This document shows, piece by piece, positions 63,782 to 64,000 of a DNA stretch of 64,000 nucleotides. The stretch spans positions 674,452-738,451 of the forward strand of contig CAZCMS010000001.1 in assembly GCA_964499935.1 (NCBI GenBank). The letters are read 5' to 3'. The notes beneath the pieces were generated by a model, which searched no databases, was not told where the DNA came from, and saw nothing but the letters and a program-made list of their open reading frames with translations. The position numbers were made by a program, and so were the translations under genes. Numbering within the stretch: the stretch's first letter is position 1; each line of letters opens with the position of its first letter. The DNA comes from an uncultured Candidatus Saccharibacteria bacterium. Lineage in GTDB: Bacteria > Patescibacteriota > Saccharimonadia > Saccharimonadales > UBA4665.

Positions 63782-64000
63782 ATGGTAACGACCGATACGA
63801 CCCGTCTGGGTGAGTTCGACACCAAGCAGGTAGCGGATTTGCGCACCCAGCGTCGTCGAAGCATCGACAATGCTGCACGCACCATCACCAGCAATATCCC
63901 GGGAGTCATTGGGGTATGCCTCTTCGGCGATCACGTTCGAGACGTCGACAAGGACACCAGCACCATCGACCTGGTCGTCATCAGCGATGCGATTCACGAG
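63782..64000 (+). CDS. Nucleotidyltransferase-domain protein (MNT-like), N-terminal part, runs off the window
   Basis: ATG behind AAGGAG. Translation MVTTDTTRLGEF...GVIGVCLFGDHVRDVDKDTSTIDLVVISD fits the minimal NTase pattern G..lFGS.aRG....SDiDl.v. Absent from the ORF track because no stop lies in the window. Confidence 0.6.
   Translation, partial: MVTTDTTRLGEFDTKQVADLRTQRRRSIDNAARTITSNIPGVIGVCLFGDHVRDVDKDTSTIDLVVISDAIHE

Noticed and set aside
63682-63997. Three minus-strand ORFs lie at the window end.
   Set aside because: The plus-strand frame has an RBS and a nucleotidyltransferase signature. The minus-strand frames lack both.
1-64000. A scan for CRISPR arrays, rRNA genes and intact transposases or integrases.
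   Set aside because: No regularly spaced direct repeats, no rRNA-like conserved blocks, and no ORF with DDE or full tyrosine/serine recombinase motifs were seen. Only short recombinase-like remnants are present.

Overview
This 64-kb window comes from a compact, moderately AT-rich bacterial chromosome. The gene content (Gram-positive-like T4SS, cyoABCDE, fused OtsA/OtsB, many small hypothetical genes) is consistent with a Patescibacteria/Saccharibacteria-like genome, but this is inference only. Left part: housekeeping and envelope genes (recR 3' end, DHH phosphoesterase, cysS, GT4 glycosyltransferases, CapA, VanY-type peptidase). These are followed by tRNA-Gln with a decayed integration scar. 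A roughly 7-kb accessory island comes next (replication-relaxation protein, PIN-like protein, Nudix, two Fic proteins, methyltransferase) with repeated cassette junctions. Then there is a T4SS cluster (coupling protein, CHAP hydrolase, VirB4, PrgI/VirB3-like, VirB6-like, VirB2-like) and a third Fic/Doc-like gene. Most notable result: five GC-rich insertions share one architecture, namely long 5' hairpin, gene(s), terminator hairpin, type III hammerhead ribozyme. Four ribozymes look intact: 30703-30759(-), 41355-41414(+), 56342-56399(+) and 61169-61225(-). One copy is decayed. The largest insertion carries a ubiquitin-like conjugation operon: membrane-anchored coiled-coil protein with an E2-like C-terminus, JAMM peptidase, ThiF-type E1, and beta-grasp Ubl. 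Right part: cardiolipin synthase, hydrolases, trehalose-P synthase/phosphatase, LCP protein, SodA, an ABC transporter, and a quinol-oxidase (cyo) operon bracketed by two inverted hammerheads. No rRNA, CRISPR array, or intact integrase/transposase was seen. Many nested or antisense ORFs in the supplied track were judged spurious and are not called.
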